Shown one piece after another: positions 25,016-39,065 of a stretch of 64,000 bases of DNA; the stretch's first letter is position 1; each line of letters opens with the position of its first letter. Position numbers and translations under genes: made by a program. The notes below the pieces were generated by a model. That model saw nothing but the letters and a program-made list of their open reading frames with translations, searched no databases and had not been told where the DNA came from. The stretch lies in the NCBI RefSeq assembly GCF_009834535.1, contig NC_045697.1, positions 64,668,001 through 64,732,000 on the forward strand, given 5' to 3'. The DNA is from Camelus ferus (taxonomy: Eukaryota).

Positions 25016-26060
25016 AATGTGTTTTGGAAACTGCACTTACTAAAAATCTTTAGTCATTGTTAAGGTGTACTAACCCATTAGTACACCTTAACCCATTAAG
25101 AAAACTCCTCATCAAAGAGACATATCCCTTTGAAAATACTTTCTTTTCAAGTTGGTTTGTTTTCTATTTTCAGAAACAAGAGATGCAGAAATCAAAAGTT
25201 TTTTTTTGTTTTTGTTTAGAACATCCACTTCCTGTATTGGAGCAATCCAGTGAGAAGGAGGGTTAATCTAGTTGATATTTGATCATGAGAAAAATTATAG
25301 GAAAAAGGCACATTAAACAAACAGTAAAATCAACAAAATGAAACAAATAAAAATAAAATACCAGGAGAAAAATACAATATTTTTGAGAAAGCACTAAATC
25401 TAGGTTTAAGGTCCCTATACTTTTTCTTTTTTTGAAGGCAATTAAGAGTGAGAGATGTTTGAAGGTAATAAAGTGAACCCGAGAAGGCTTAGTCAGGGAA
25501 AACTTAAGTGCTTTTAGAATTATTTTCATAATAGTGAAAGCTCAATTATTTTCATAAGATACAATTTTGGAAATGCAATTATATAAATAAAGGAGACACT
25601 GATTTCCTTATAGTCTAGGAGATCTCATTGTACATACACAGAATCTATAGGTTGTAGTACATTTCAGACCTTACTGAAAGCACAGACAGATGTCATAGAT
25701 ATATTAAAATTTTGCTTAAAATTTATAAATTTATAAAAACAGATGTCAAAATTTTAAACCAAATAAGACGCTAGAAAAAGATAGATTCCCATTAGCATTG
25801 CTAAAGCTCCATATGGATTTTCTGAGCTATAATTGGTTGTGGACCTTGAGTTTGGGAAAGAATTTTCTCAGAACACTAAGTTTCTCTCTTTATTAGCTAA
25901 AAAATGAAAAAAATCCCAAACAAAACTTCCAAAATGACTAAAAAATAATTAGAAGCAAACATTTTTCTCTATAATTTTAACACTGAATGGAAAAAGAACT
26001 CTTCAAATCTAGTCCAAAAGTAATTAAAATTTTAAATTTTAAAGATAATATTCAATCACT

Positions 26061-27580
26061 ATGTCAATAAACAGACACATAGGTCAATAAAACAAAAGAG
26101 AGAGCCTAGAAATACACCTAAGCATATACAGTCAATTAACAACAAAGGAGCCAGGAATATAAAATGGAGAAAGGACAGTCTCTTCAATAAATGGTGTTAA
26201 GAAAACTGGATGGCCACATGCAAAAGAATGAAACTGGACCATTATCTTCCACCATACACAAAATTTAAATGAAAATGGATTACAGACTTGAATTTCTGAC
26301 GTGAAACCTTAAAATATCTAGAAGTAAATATAAATGATAAGCACCTTGATATTTGTCTTGTCATTGATTTTGGGGATCTGACACCAAAAGTGAAGGCAAC
26401 GAAGGCAAAAATAAACAAGTGGGACTACATTGAGCTAAAAAGCTTCTGCACAGCAAAGAAATCATTAACAAAATGGAAAGGCAGCCTGCTGAATGGGAGG
26501 AAATTTTTTCAAATCATATTACATCTGGTTAGGGGTTAACAGTTAATATGTGTAAAGAACTCATACAACTCAATAGGAAAAAGGCAAACAATCTGATTAA
26601 AAATAAAATAGGCATAGGATCTGAGTAGATATTTTTCCAAAGAAGACATACAGATGGCCAACAGGTACATGAAAAGATGCTCAACATTACTGTCAGGGAA
26701 ATGAAAATGAAGGCCACATGAGGAAGCACCTGTTAGATGGCAGTTATCAAAAAGACAAGAAATAATGGCGAGGATGTGGAGAAAAGGGAACATTGTGCAC
26801 TGTTGGTGGGAATGTAAATTGGTGCATCCACTGTGAAAAACAGTATGTAGTTTTCTCAAAAAGTTAAAAGTTGAATTACCTCATGATCCAGCAATTCTAC
26901 TTCTGAGTATTTATCTGAAGAAATTTGAAACATTAAGAGAAGAGATATCTGCATTCTTGTATTCCTTGCATTATTTTTTTGTTGTTGTTAACAATAGCCA
27001 AGATACAGAAACAATCTAGATGTCTATCTATGGATGAATGGATTAAGAAAATGTGAGACAGTGGAATATCATTTAACCATAAAAAAAAGTGAGATTTTTT
27101 CATTTGTGACAGCATGGATGAACTTTGAGGGCATTATGCTAAGTGAAATAAGTCAGACAGAAAGATAAAAATGGTATAGTCTCACTTATATGAGGAATAA
27201 AAAATCAGAAAACCAAAAAACAAAACTTTAACTCTTGGATATAGAGAATAGATTGGTGGTTACCAGAGGCAGGGGTTGTGGGGTAGACAAGATGAGTGAA
27301 GGGGGTCAAAAGGTACAAATTTCCAGTAATAAAATGAGTAAGTCATGGAGATGTGATATGCAGCATGGTGACTATAGTTAATAATATTGTGTCTCACATT
27401 TGAAAGTAGCTAGGAGAGTGGATCTTGAAGACTTATAGAAAGGAAAACATTTTTGAGTTATGTGTTGTGATGGCAGTTAATTGGACTATTGTGATCATTT
27501 TGCAATATATACAAATATCAACTCATTATATTGTACACCTTCAACTAATATGTCAGTTATTCCTAATAAAAAGAATAAAA
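26061..27580 (+). mobile_element. 5'-truncated L1 (L1MA-type): ORF2 C-terminus + 3' UTR
   Basis: Continuous L1 motifs: aaggacagtctcttcaataaatggtg, atgctaagtgaaataagtcagacag, cagcatggtgactatagttaata. A possible degenerate TSD (ataat.(t)caatcacta) flanks it. Confidence 0.9.
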
Positions 27581-28509
27581 AGAATAATCCAATCACTAAG
27601 CATTAAGGTAATGCAAACTTTTATTCATTTCTGAGAAAGATACACATTTCAGTAATGTCAAAGGAAGTCCTCATACCCTTTAATAGAGACTATGCTTTGT
27701 GAAATCTTTCTAAATAGAAAGAATTGCCTGGAATTCTTAGAAAGGTTTGTCACAACCTAACCAGGAAATAAATTCTGTCCTAAAGCTGAAATGTATTAGG
27801 TAGAAACAGTAAAAGGGCCTTTAACCAAGAACTGGCTGAAATAGTTCAGAATTACATCTATAATCTGAGTAACGTCCAAGGACACTGAACTACTAGTGTC
27901 TCAGAGGTGAGCAGATTTTACATTTCTTGTGTGTCAGCTATGACTCATAGTGTATAGGCATTATCTCTTTAACATAACAAACCAAAATGATAGATATGAT
28001 TTTTCACACTTGAAAATAATGGTCTGAAACAGGCCTTAGAAATTATATAATACAGCAGTGTTAACTGCTTCACAGGAATGCTGTCCAACTTTGAGAATCA
28101 TGTCCTTTAATTTTGCTAATTCTATCTATAGTATTTTAGAACATTTAAAAGGGGATTGTGTAGTATGTTTCAGTGTTGGGTACAAATCCTGTCAGTAAAT
28201 GGTAAATCTAATGGAAGCCAGTTCCAAAGAAAGATGTCGTATTTCCCAGAACATGAGAGAACTTTACCTCTTGTGTATGAAAGAGAATAATGTAGGGGCA
28301 AAAGGACACACTAGAAAGGCAATGAAATGGCATATTAAGTGTGTTTTTTGTTTTTTTTTTTAACAATTACTGTGTGCTTTTGGTATAAGGTAAGGATTGT
28401 GTTTCAATTACTGTTGATCTACAAAGCATTCTTTTGATGATTCTTCAGTCCCTTTAATTGCCCAGACCTAAAACTAATACTCCAAAATGTTCCATGAATC
28501 CAAAAAAGT

Positions 28510-28680
28510 TGAGGACCAATGATCTCATGCAATCCTTTTACTTCATAGGTGAGTAAACTGAAGGCCTGAGTGGTTCAGTGATTTAACCATATTCAGTGAG
28601 CCTGTCATGGCAAAGCCAGAACTAGAATACAGATTTCCTAATTCTTTTTTCCATTCTGCTTTCTCCCATACCATGCTGCA
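28510..28680 (-). mobile_element. MIR remnant
   Basis: cataggtgagtaaactgaaggcctgag…gcaaagccagaactagaa. Confidence 0.65.
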
Positions 28681-28779
28681 TAATCTGAAGATAGTTGTAA
28701 AATTTGTGTTTTTTAAAACTCTTTAACTAGTAAGATTTTTATGATTGTAGTAAATGACCAAAGGAATGAAGGAAAATAA

Positions 28780-31700
28780 TTTACACATGCATTTTTAACA
28801 GATTCATCGTGGTATAAATGACATACAGTAAACTACACAAAGTTAAATTGAACAACTTGTTATATTTTGACATAATATGTACACCATAACCATAATCAAG
28901 ATGATAATCTTTGCCTCTTTGTAATTCCTCCCTCTCATTTTTCCTGTTTACAACTTTATTCCCTGGCAAACATTGGTTATCCTGGAACTATAATAGTTTG
29001 CATTTTCTAGAGACTTACATATATATATATAGAATCATATAATATTTTATCCAGTTTTGGTCTTGCTTCTTTAACTCAGCATAATATTATGGGAGCTATC
29101 CATGATTTTGTGTTTATCAATAGTTCATTGCTTTTTATTGCTGAGCAGTATTCTAGTGTATGGATACACCATTATTTGTTTGCCTGTTCACATATTATTA
29201 GGCATTTGGGTTGTTTCCTGTTTTACACTACTATAGATAAAGTTGTTAGGAACATTGGTGTTTTAAGTCTTTGTATAGATATATGCTTTGGTAAATTTTG
29301 GGTAAATACTTGGGAGTAGAGTGGCTGGTTCATATAGTAGATTTATATTTAATTTTTAAAGAAGTTGACAACTTTTTTTCAAAAATAGTTACACATTTTA
29401 TTTACCGGCTGGTAGTACATGAGAGTTCCAGTTGTTCCATATCCTCACCAACACTTGGTGTGGTCATTCTTTTTAATTTTAGACATTGTAATAGGTGCAT
29501 AGAGGTGTCTCATTGTGATTTTAATTTGCATTTCTGCAATGAATAATGATGTTGATCAGTTTGTCTATTTGCCTGTTTGATATTGTATTCTTAAAGCTCA
29601 TAAAGCAGATGTTAGTTCTAGTCACTTTATTGTAGATCCTATTGCATTTTCTTCATAGATGATCATATCACCTACCAATAAAGAACATTTCTTTTTCTTC
29701 AATTTTGGATGACTTTTGGGTTTTTTTGGCTTATTGCATCAGCCAGGTCAGTGTTGAATAGAAGAGGTGCTAGTGAACATTCTCATCTTGTTCCTGGTCT
29801 TAACAGAAAAGTATTCAGTCATCACTATTATGTATGTCAGCTGTACATTTTTCATAGATGCTCTTTTCAGGTTGTTACTTTCCTTCTATTTCTAGATTCT
29901 TCAGAGTTTTAACCTAGAATATTGTCTGTCTTGGTAAATATTCTTAAAGGAATGTATGTTCTGCTCTTTTTAGTTGATGTGCTCTATAGTTACCAGTAGT
30001 GTCAAGTTGGATGATAGTGTTCGTCAAGTCTCTTACATCCTTACTGAATTTATGTATACTTGTTTTATCAACTATTGAGAGGTATTGAAATTTCATTCCA
30101 GAATTGTAGATTTGTCTTTGTCACCTTGAAATCCTGTTTTCTGCTTTGTGTATCTCACAGATCTGTTACTGGATACATAAAAACCTTTTGCATCTGGTAA
30201 CAGTATAGTACTTTTTGTTCAGAAATGTACTTTGCCTAATATTACTATAGCCAATCTAGCCTTTTTTTAAATTATTAGTATGAGCTTGGTATCTTATTTT
30301 TCATTCTACTTAAAACATAAATCTTCATCCAGTCTAAAATGTCTCTGCCTTTTAATTTGGTTAAGATTATTTGTATATAAAGTGGTTTTTGGTATGTTTG
30401 AATTTTAATCTACCATCTTGCTATTTCTTTTCTGTTTGTCTAAGCTTTATTCTCTTGTTCTGCTTTTTTCGATTAACTGAGCATTTGTTTTATGATTCTC
30501 TTTGGACTTTTGGTTGACTTATTTATTGACTGTTGTATTTTAGAGATTGCTGTAGGGTTTATAGTATTCATATTTAATTTATCATAGTCTACCTTTATAT
30601 TTATAACACTTCAAAATAGTATAAGAATGTTAAATTATTGTATTCCAGTTTGTCTTCTCCTGGTCTGTGTGTTACTGTTGCCATACATTTTGCTTCTGAA
30701 TATGTTATAACACTACACTATAACATTATTTTATCTTTAAATAGTCAATTGTGTTTTTTAAAAAATATTTATGTATTTATTTATTTATTTAGTGAAGGTC
30801 CTGGGAATTGAGCCCAGTACCTTGTACATGCATATCATGTACTCTACCACTGAGCTATAACCTCCCTTCATTAATTGTGTTTTAAAGATCCATACATAAT
30901 ATGAAAAAAAAGTATTACATTTATCCATATAGTTATCATTCCTAGGCCTCTTCATTCATTTGTATTGATCCATATTTCTGTCCTGAATCATTTCCTTTAT
31001 ACCTGAAGATCTACCTTTAGCAGTACTTGTAATGTGGTTCAGCTGGTGATAAATTTTTTAATCTTTTGTATGCCTGAAAAATCTTTATTTTGCCTTCGTT
31101 CTTTACTGTTATTTCACTGGGTAAGAAATCTTTAGATGACAGTTTTTCTTTCAGTAGTTAAAAAATGTTGATCCCTTGTCTTCTGGCTTGCATTGTTTTT
31201 GATGATAAATCAACTTGTTTCTTTAGCTTCATTCCTTTGTATGTAATGTCTTTTTTCCCCTCCAGCTGTTTTCAAAATGTTCTCCTTTCCTTGGTTTCAA
31301 GTGATTTACTTACTGTGTATCTCTTCATGTCTCTTGTGCTTAGGGTTTGTTAAGTTTTTTGCATCCACAGATTTATAGTTTGAATTCAGAAAAAATTGAA
31401 CTGTTACATTTTTCTGGTCCTCCTTTCTTTGTGGACTCCAATTACACAAGTACTAGGCTTCTTGAAGTTTTCCCATAGGCTACTAATGCTCTATTTTCTT
31501 CTACTCATCTTTACTTCTGCAAACTCTTCTGAGTACTCTACTAATGCCTTCTTAAAAAGTTTTCCATTTTGGTGTTAATTTTAGTCAGTAGCCTCAGGCT
31601 TAAGTAAACTTTGATGAGTGGTGTATACACCATTCATGTCTTTCTCCTGCTTTTAATAGTTTAGTCACACACATGCACTGATCAAGTACTCCTTGAGGGG

Positions 31701-31960
31701 GAGTACTAAGGGAATATGCAGGACTCTCCTGTCTCCCTTCTTTTGTTGTGGTCTAGAAATTTTCTTCAGGCTCTAAGCTCAGGCAGTTGTTGAGCTCACC
31801 TTGTTTGTTTCCTCTCCTTCGGTATCACAATCCATTATAACCTGATGTCTAGTAATTTAAGAACTGTTTTATGTCTTGCTCAGTTTTCAGTTGTTTTGAT
31901 GGGTATTCATAAATCTGATCCCTGTGACTCCATCTTTCACTGGTAGTGAAAGTGCCTCAT
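28780..31960 (-). mobile_element. Old L1M (L1MC/MD-like) with internal deletions
   Basis: Antisense L1 3' UTR (atagttcattgctttttattgctgagcagtatt), then ORF2 and ORF1-region motifs. Confidence 0.75.
30758..30870 (-). mobile_element. tRNA-derived SINE (camelid Vic-1-like) nested in L1
   Basis: Minus strand reads ggttatagctcagtggtagagt…gtactgggctcaattcccaggacc (A/B boxes) with a (taaa)n tail. The TSD aattgtgtttt occurs at 30747-30757 and 30873-30883. Confidence 0.85.
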
Positions 31961-32029
31961 ACATGTGTATTTTTAATGACAATTTTTTATTATTTGGAAA
32001 ATCTTACCGTACTTTTCAAAGATTTTTTT

Positions 32030-32054
32030 GTAAAATAGTCACGTTAAGTGTTCT

Positions 32055-32108
<54 letters not shown>

Positions 32109-32290
32109 GGTGGACATAACAAGTCTTTTCGTGGGGATGGATATATTTATTACCTTGATTGTGGTGATGGTATTCATCAACTTGATGGTATGGTGATGTG
32201 TGTATGCACATGTCCAGACACATCAAAGTGTGTGTAAATATGTGAGAAAATTTTATATTAACTGTACCTCAGTAAACCTGGAAAAGAAAA
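32030..32290 (+). mobile_element. L1M 3' end with (CA)n (32057-32107)
   Basis: ggatggatatatttattaccttgattgtggtgatggt…tacctcagtaaacctgg. Confidence 0.75.
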
Positions 32291-32859
32291 AGGCCAAGTA
32301 TATTTCATTATTTCCTGGAAACTTAGTGATAATTTAATCTAACAATTTCATCTTTGAATTTTCTCTCAAATATATATGCTTTATATTTTATTTATGGTAT
32401 TAAATACTTTTATTGAAATGTTTATTTTTCTGAAAGGTATACTAAAATATATCATTTAGTAATACATTCACTTACAATTATTTCATTTTTGGAAAAATAA
32501 TAGTAAAATAAGACCCCTAGTTAATTTTCAAATATGTAAAATTGCACTGTTTCAACAAGAATTTATTAAAGACTTGATTTACCAGCAATCTATTGCCCAG
32601 TGTAGGACATATAAAAGACATAAAAATAGAACATTTGTTTCAGAAAATCTTATAATGATAATGGAGATATGAGATTAAGATGAAGCTTAAAGAACAGAGC
32701 AGTTGTATCTTATTAGTGAGAACTTAGCTGGGGCATTTCATCTTTTCACAGGAATTTTATGTGCTGACAAATTTTCTTTTCAATTTAAATTCTTTCTTAA
32801 GTTCCTTTAAGAAATATAGTGTTTCGTTTCTTTACATTAAACATAAGATATTATTCTAA

Positions 32860-32990
32860 AAGTTTTACAAATACATTCTCATTTAATCATCATCATAACT
32901 CAATGTAGCAAATTCTTATGTTATCCTGAGTATGAAACTGTGGCATAAAGGAGTTAAAGAACTAGTCCAAGACCATACAGCTAGTATATA
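32860..32990 (-). mobile_element. MIR remnant
   Basis: tctcatttaatcatca…gaaactgtggcataaaggagttaa…ccaagaccatacagctagt. Confidence 0.65.
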
Positions 32991-33537
32991 TAATTTTATG
33001 ACATATTGAAATAAAATTATGTGGTTATACATCCTTAACACTGTATTGCTTTATTTATCTAATCCTGTTCACTGGTTTAAAATGGTTAAAATAATAAAAC
33101 ATTTTATGAATGGCAAATAAAAATTTACATGTATTTTTCATCATATTTACATTATAACTATTAAGGAAAGGAAAGACATTTGATAAATTTTTTCTAAGTA
33201 TTATAGTATTTAAAGCTGTATTGTTAAAAAGGTTATATATATTGTATTATGATTTTAGCTAATTACTTTCCCAACATATAGCCAAATATGGATGTTTAAC
33301 ATGTGCTATTGTATAATTATAAATTTTAAAAATACATTAATGGAGTTCATTTAGGAATGAAATACTGTTTTCAGTCTCCAATTTATAAGGCTAATAAAGT
33401 TGATACACACTTTTTTTGAAAAGTGAAGTAGTCCAAAGCACACTAAATGAAATGTAATCATTTAAAACTCTCTCAAATGTTAGGGGTGGAAACCTGCACA
33501 TACAGAGATGGGTGAATTATTTGATTTATCTTTGCAA

Positions 33538-33650
33538 GAGAAAGACAGAGAGGTAGAGAGAGAGAGAGATGGAGAGAAACCAAAAGAGAGAGACAAGAAG
33601 GAAGGGGAGGAGGAGAAAAGAGGAGAAGAGGGAGGGGAGGAGAGAGGGAT
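33538..33650. repeat. Purine-rich (GA/GGA) low-complexity tract
   Basis: Read directly from the sequence. Confidence 0.8.
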
Positions 33651-33868
33651 TGAGTGTGAGTGTGTTTAGTATTGTTAGATGTATAAAGATGTACTTAAAT
33701 CTTTTAGGCATGGAAGAATATTTTTGCCATAATGCAGCAGCTCTGGCAGTGGAAAAAAATTTAACAGCAATTTTTTAAAGCTGTAACTGTTTTGCTTTGC
33801 TAATATAGCACTTATTTTCCCGGGTACAAAGATACTTACGGTCTTAGTGGTTAACCTTATCTTAGTAT

Positions 33869-34951
33869 TGATGCAGGAAAAACGGATGTGGGGAGTGAGG
33901 AGGGCCATGTCCCTGAGATGTGCCCTGCCAAGTATGGGTCCTTGGCTTTGTTACGGAAACGACAGGCCAGCCAAGAAACAAGCACCACTTGGAGGGTTGG
34001 AGTACTCAGATGTATTATGCCGGCGGGCTCAGAGGGGCTTCTGCTCCAAAGCTCTGAGCACCTCAAAGATGTGCGCATGAGGTTTTATAGGGTAAAGTAC
34101 AAGCTTGGGGTATTCGGCCAATAGGCATGGAACAGCTTTAGCAGCATCATTATCACAAAAGTGGAGGCAGGGAGGCAGCAAACCAACATTCCAAAGCCAG
34201 ATATATATCTTTGAAAATCCAGCTGGATAGCAAAAAACATGAAGAGCAAACCAACACTAATTAACTTAGATTTACAAGTTAGTCCAGCAGAACTCAGATC
34301 AGTATTCCCATACTTTGATTTGTGAGTTATCCTGCCAGCCCAGCCCAGCTTTTCCTTCACATTGCTAGACTTGTGAGTTATCTTGTTAGCCCAGCCTGGC
34401 TTTTCCTTCACAGCTTCACACAGGAAAGAATTCAAGAGCGAGCCACAGTTGAGTAAAGGTAGATTTATTCAGAGAGATACATTGAAAGGCAAGAGAAAGG
34501 CTACGAGGTGTGGGGGTTGGGTGCTCAGATTAAAAGTAAGTACACACTCCATAGACAGAGTGTGGGCTGTCTCTGAAAGGAGAGAGAGAAAGGCGGTGGC
34601 CGCGAGGCACATGTTGCCAGTTTTTTTGGGCTCAGTGGCCTCATATTCTAATACAGTGGAAGGACCAGTCTAACTAGTCTGGGGAAAGAGATGGGATTCC
34701 CAGGGAGCTGGCCATTTCCCACTCTTTGACCTTTTGTGACTAGCCTTGGGACTGCCATGGTGCCTGTGGGCATGTTATTCACCATGCTAATATATTACAA
34801 TGGGCATATAATGAAGCTCAAGTTCTGCTAGAAGTTAAATCTCCCATAATCTTGAGCCTCAAGGCCTACTGGGGGTTGAATCTTTCACCATTTTGATGTT
34901 AATTGCTGTAGCATTCCTTGGATGGCTGTACCCTGCCCCCTTTCTGTCTCA
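33869..34951 (-). mobile_element. ERV1-class solo LTR, composite, 1083 bp
   Basis: TG…CA termini with a 4-bp TSD gtat at 33865-33868 and 34952-34955. AATAAA(-) at 34469-34464 sits in a MER4/MER41-like context (aagaattcaagagcgagcc). TATA(-) is at ~34090-34083. Several CpGs are retained. Confidence 0.85.
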
Positions 34952-37819
34952 GTATCACTGCAGAGACAGTAGCAGTCTGAATCTAGAATCAAGTCATTTA
35001 GCTTAGAATAAATGGACAGACATATTTTTGCAGTTTAAAGACTCAGTTTCTAGTGACCCAGTTTTTGGCGTATTACTGTCATGGTGCACTCTAGGTTTTC
35101 CACATACTGTTTCTGTCCTTACTGAGCCAGCGACAGCATGCTTGATTTTGTCAGTTTATACTTGAATACCTTTAATATGTGAATCCATGCATCCTACTCA
35201 CCATTTATCATTCTAGCCCTCTAGGGCAGATAAACATAAACACACAAATGTATTTTGGCTCTTTAAGTGTTATAAATATCCTGGGCTATATTTTGTTCTT
35301 AATGTATATTGTATGTTTTTTGAAAAAGAGAAAGCTTTTTAGTCCATTTGGAAGTAGTTAGTGGCTTTACACCTCCACAAAGTGAATTTTCATGTTGTTA
35401 ACTTATTCCTGAAGAGGCATTGTTTGCTTAATTCTTATAAAAATTGTATTTTAAAACCGTGACTTAAAGCTAATAAATTAGTTAATGAATTTTAGTGACA
35501 GGAGATATCTTAACCTGCCTTTAAAGCATTATTAAAAAGTTGATTGTGTATTACCCTTAGTGTTTTCTCTGACCCGTCGGAGATGTTTTGTTCATATTTG
35601 CATTCAAATTCCTTCAGCTATCAGATTTTGTGTGTTTCCTTGATGGCCATTGGAAACAAGTTCTTTAGGACATGAACTACCAAAGAGAAATTATGAAATA
35701 GATTTGATGACCATGCTGTGATCACACTTCTACAGTATTCTTAAGTATATAGCTTGCGTTTGACACATTTTTATTATGTCTGTCTTACCTTTGCTTTTCC
35801 CCTCATAGTTTTTCATTCTGCCCCTGCAGACTTTGCCTTCTTTTTGTTCTTCATTAATTCAGGATTCCAAATGTGGACTCAATTTTTTGGTCCACTTTTT
35901 CCTAACTGAAGTGTTTGCTAATAATGATAATTCTGGATGGGAGCACTCACAGAGGGCTTTGCAGGGACAAATTTCTTATCTTCAGGGTCCAAAAGGGACA
36001 TCTCCAAAGGCTATTCAAAATTTCCCAATTTCCTTTGTTCAGCTGGCTTGCTTCAGAATGCAGCTGCTTTTCTGAAAATCATCACATTGTCAAAATGCAT
36101 TAAAGAAGATAAATATCTTCTGTGAACCAGTTGAAAAGACAACACAATACGGATATCTGTGGTCATTGATCAATGTTTATTTAACAGTGTGGTGATTTCA
36201 AAGCAAATGCAGTGGAGGAAAACATTACACCTTGTGTGTATAGTGCCACATTAATGGACTTATTCAAGTTTGATCTTTGCAAGCTAGGAAAAGAATTTTA
36301 TGGTTATTAAGAAGTTGGGAAGTTCTGTAGGCCCTGCTAATCTATTCTGAACTAAAATGGATTTGATATGATCCAAGTGTAATTCGTAGTTAAATTTGAC
36401 CCTCTGTTACCAACTGTGGTTATATGGACAGAGAAATATCTGATTTATCTGAAGAAAATTTTAAAAAAATTTTTATTTAATGTTTTAATTGTATTAATCA
36501 GTCAAAAATATGTACTTAGCATTTATAATACCCCAGGTATTGTGCTATTTAATGAACACATAAATGTGTAAGATAGATATGATATTCCTCGTTTTACATT
36601 TAGGAAAACTGAGGCACAGGTAAATTCATTATTTTGTCCTAAGTTCACCCTAAAAGCAGAACCAGATTTTGAAAAAAGATGATATGGCTAATAAAATGTG
36701 TTGCTTTTGTGAGGAATACCCTTCAGACATTTTCTTTTTCCTTTACTGTTTTGTTGTTGTTGTTTTTTTGTTTGTTTGTTTTTAAACCTCTGTTGCTTTG
36801 TAAACGGTATATATAAAGCTAAGATCATGGTCAAAATACATGGAAAACCTTTCTACCTCTGGGGAAGGAATAGGGAACCATCTTGTCAAAGACTCATTAA
36901 TGCTGTGGAAAGGTAGAAGAAAATTCCCTCTGCCCCTGAGTCAGTACTGAGAAATTATGCTTGGCTCAGGAGTCTGTGCTGTGAGCAAACAGGACTGATA
37001 ATCTTGGGGAAAGGACCTCAAATTCTCTTCCATTTCAGACTAATCATTGATGGAAGAAAAAGTTTTTGTCTTCTAAGGGGAGCAGGGATAGAAATGCTAG
37101 GAAAACTCCAACCAAGAAGACTCGGGAACACAGAGATTGTCTTAAGACTGATACTAAACCAGGACAACAGAGAACCCACCTGATTTATATCATAAGCCCA
37201 CCAATAGTACTTTTCTCAGAGCACTGTTGTGATGATCATAATAGCCACTGTTTATAGAGCACAGTGCCTTGGGTTAGTAAGGCCTCAGAAATATTAATAC
37301 CAATAAAAATATTACAAATGGGAAAACTAAATATGTAGTAAATATGGTTAGTATTGTTACTCTTATAACTATAAGCAGTAATAATAAAAATGGAGTTTAG
37401 GAGGTTTCAATTGCCTTCTAGAGTCAATAACTATATAACTTTAAAAAATTAAGTTACTTTATTTTAACTTAAAACTCAACAGAATCATTATTTTTATTTA
37501 GCTTCTTGGTGCAGAAAATATATACTTTATTTAATTATCTAAAATTTATTTGTTTCCTTATAACAAATCTGGATATAGAAGGAATAATGGAAATAAATAA
37601 TATTAGCAAAACTCAGTTTAAAACTTAGTCTGATCCAGTAATTTTAAAAGGATCTTGAGGTTGAAGTCAGTGTTTTGAGATGATAATTCAATATTAAGTT
37701 TTCCCCATTTTCCCCTTTTTCCTCTTACAGTTGGCATTAGGATATGAGGAAAAGGCTTATATGATATTGAGGTAATAGGAAAAGGGAAGAACTCTCACCT
37801 TATTTCTCAGGCTAGTCCT

Positions 37820-38495
37820 TGGGTGTTTACAAATATAAACAAATCTGGACTTCGGTAAGGAGAAACTTAATCAAAAGGATTATTGTACCTGGGGGAGGAG
37901 ACTGTTTGTTGGAGCAAGATCACTCTTGCAGTAGGGGTAGGGTGACCGTTGCAGTGTGTAAAATCTACTTGTGGATCTGCAGGTGCATCAGTTGGCAGAA
38001 TGGGCTTTTCTTTTGCAGGGAGGCACACACAGTCTAGAACTAACTGGGTGTGGGAAAGTGGGATGAGTGGTGGTGTGATAGGACAGTTAATTAGCAAATA
38101 TTTCCCCCTGAGGTCAGCTAGTTCTCAGGAGAGGCTGTGAAGAAGTTTTTCTTCAGCATTGCAATGTTCAAAAGTGGGTGAGCATTCAGGGGCCTTGGGA
38201 AAGAAAGAAACCTGACTGAAGTTTGGTAAAATTAGTGGGTATTCTGTCCAGATTGCTTGGTGGGGATGAACAGTGCAACTAATCATTTAGGATTCAAAGA
38301 ATGAAAATTTGGAGAGTCTTTGTCTGCCCTTGTCATGGGTAAAATAGGGGTTACCCATAAGTCTTAGTATCTAGGTCACATAGGGAAGAGTGGTTATTGG
38401 TAGTCAGCCATTTCTCGGAACACGAAAAAGGTTGGGGAATTCTTGAATTGTTGTGTTTTGGGAGCACAGTACTAAGGTAAAATTCAACATTGTCA
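37820..38495 (-). mobile_element. ERV1 solo LTR (MER67/MER31-like)
   Basis: Minus strand starts tgacaatgttgaattttacctt…tgtgctccc, the characteristic MER67 5' end, and contains taccaaacttcagtcagg. The left boundary is approximate. Confidence 0.75.
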
Positions 38496-38929
38496 CTACC
38501 AAATGGAACTTTGCTGGCAAACATAGCAAATATCCCTGGTTGGTGAACTTGCTGCCTCCTCTTTCTCAGCTCAGTCTGAACAGAGAGATTGATGTCAGAT
38601 GGCTCAGTTTCCTGTTGCCTCTCTTTGGTGCTGAAGACCACTGTGCATCTATGCCAGAGCCTCACTTTGGCTCTTGGTCTAGATTGGTCTCTCCTCAGCC
38701 ACAGTGCCTCAGTCACACAGAATTACAAGTCAGGTCTGCCAGTCCTCAGCTCAGCATACACACCACAAAGGAACTGAAAGTTGCAAACCAGAAGAGCTGG
38801 CTGCCTGACCTTTCTTATTTATTTTCTTAATTTATCAGGAACAAAAACATCAGTGTTGGATCACCCTGTACCATGACTTTCTTCAGAGTCTTAGTTTGGA
38901 GTGGTGAACAGCTTCTTTTTAAATTTTTC

Positions 38930-39065
38930 ATTCTAGTTTTTAATCGAGTTTTATTGAGATATAGTTGACATGCAACATTGTATTAGTTTAAGTTATATAA
39001 CATAAAAATTTGATATATTGAGTATATATTACAAAATGATTACCACACAGTTTAGCTAACATCAG
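38930..39065 (-). mobile_element. Short L1 3' end
   Basis: ttttattgagatatagttgaca…aaatgattaccaca…agctaacatc. Confidence 0.75.

Noticed and set aside
30790..30870. tRNA gene
   Set aside because: The A/B boxes belong to a SINE with an A-rich tail and TSD, and the cloverleaf is degenerate.
34085..34435. 116-aa ORF with internal repeat
   Set aside because: It lies inside the LTR, and the peptide repeat just mirrors the 51-nt tandem duplication.
38351..38830. Overlapping 121/125-aa ORFs
   Set aside because: They overlap the MER67-like LTR, have no recognisable domain and are probably chance ORFs.
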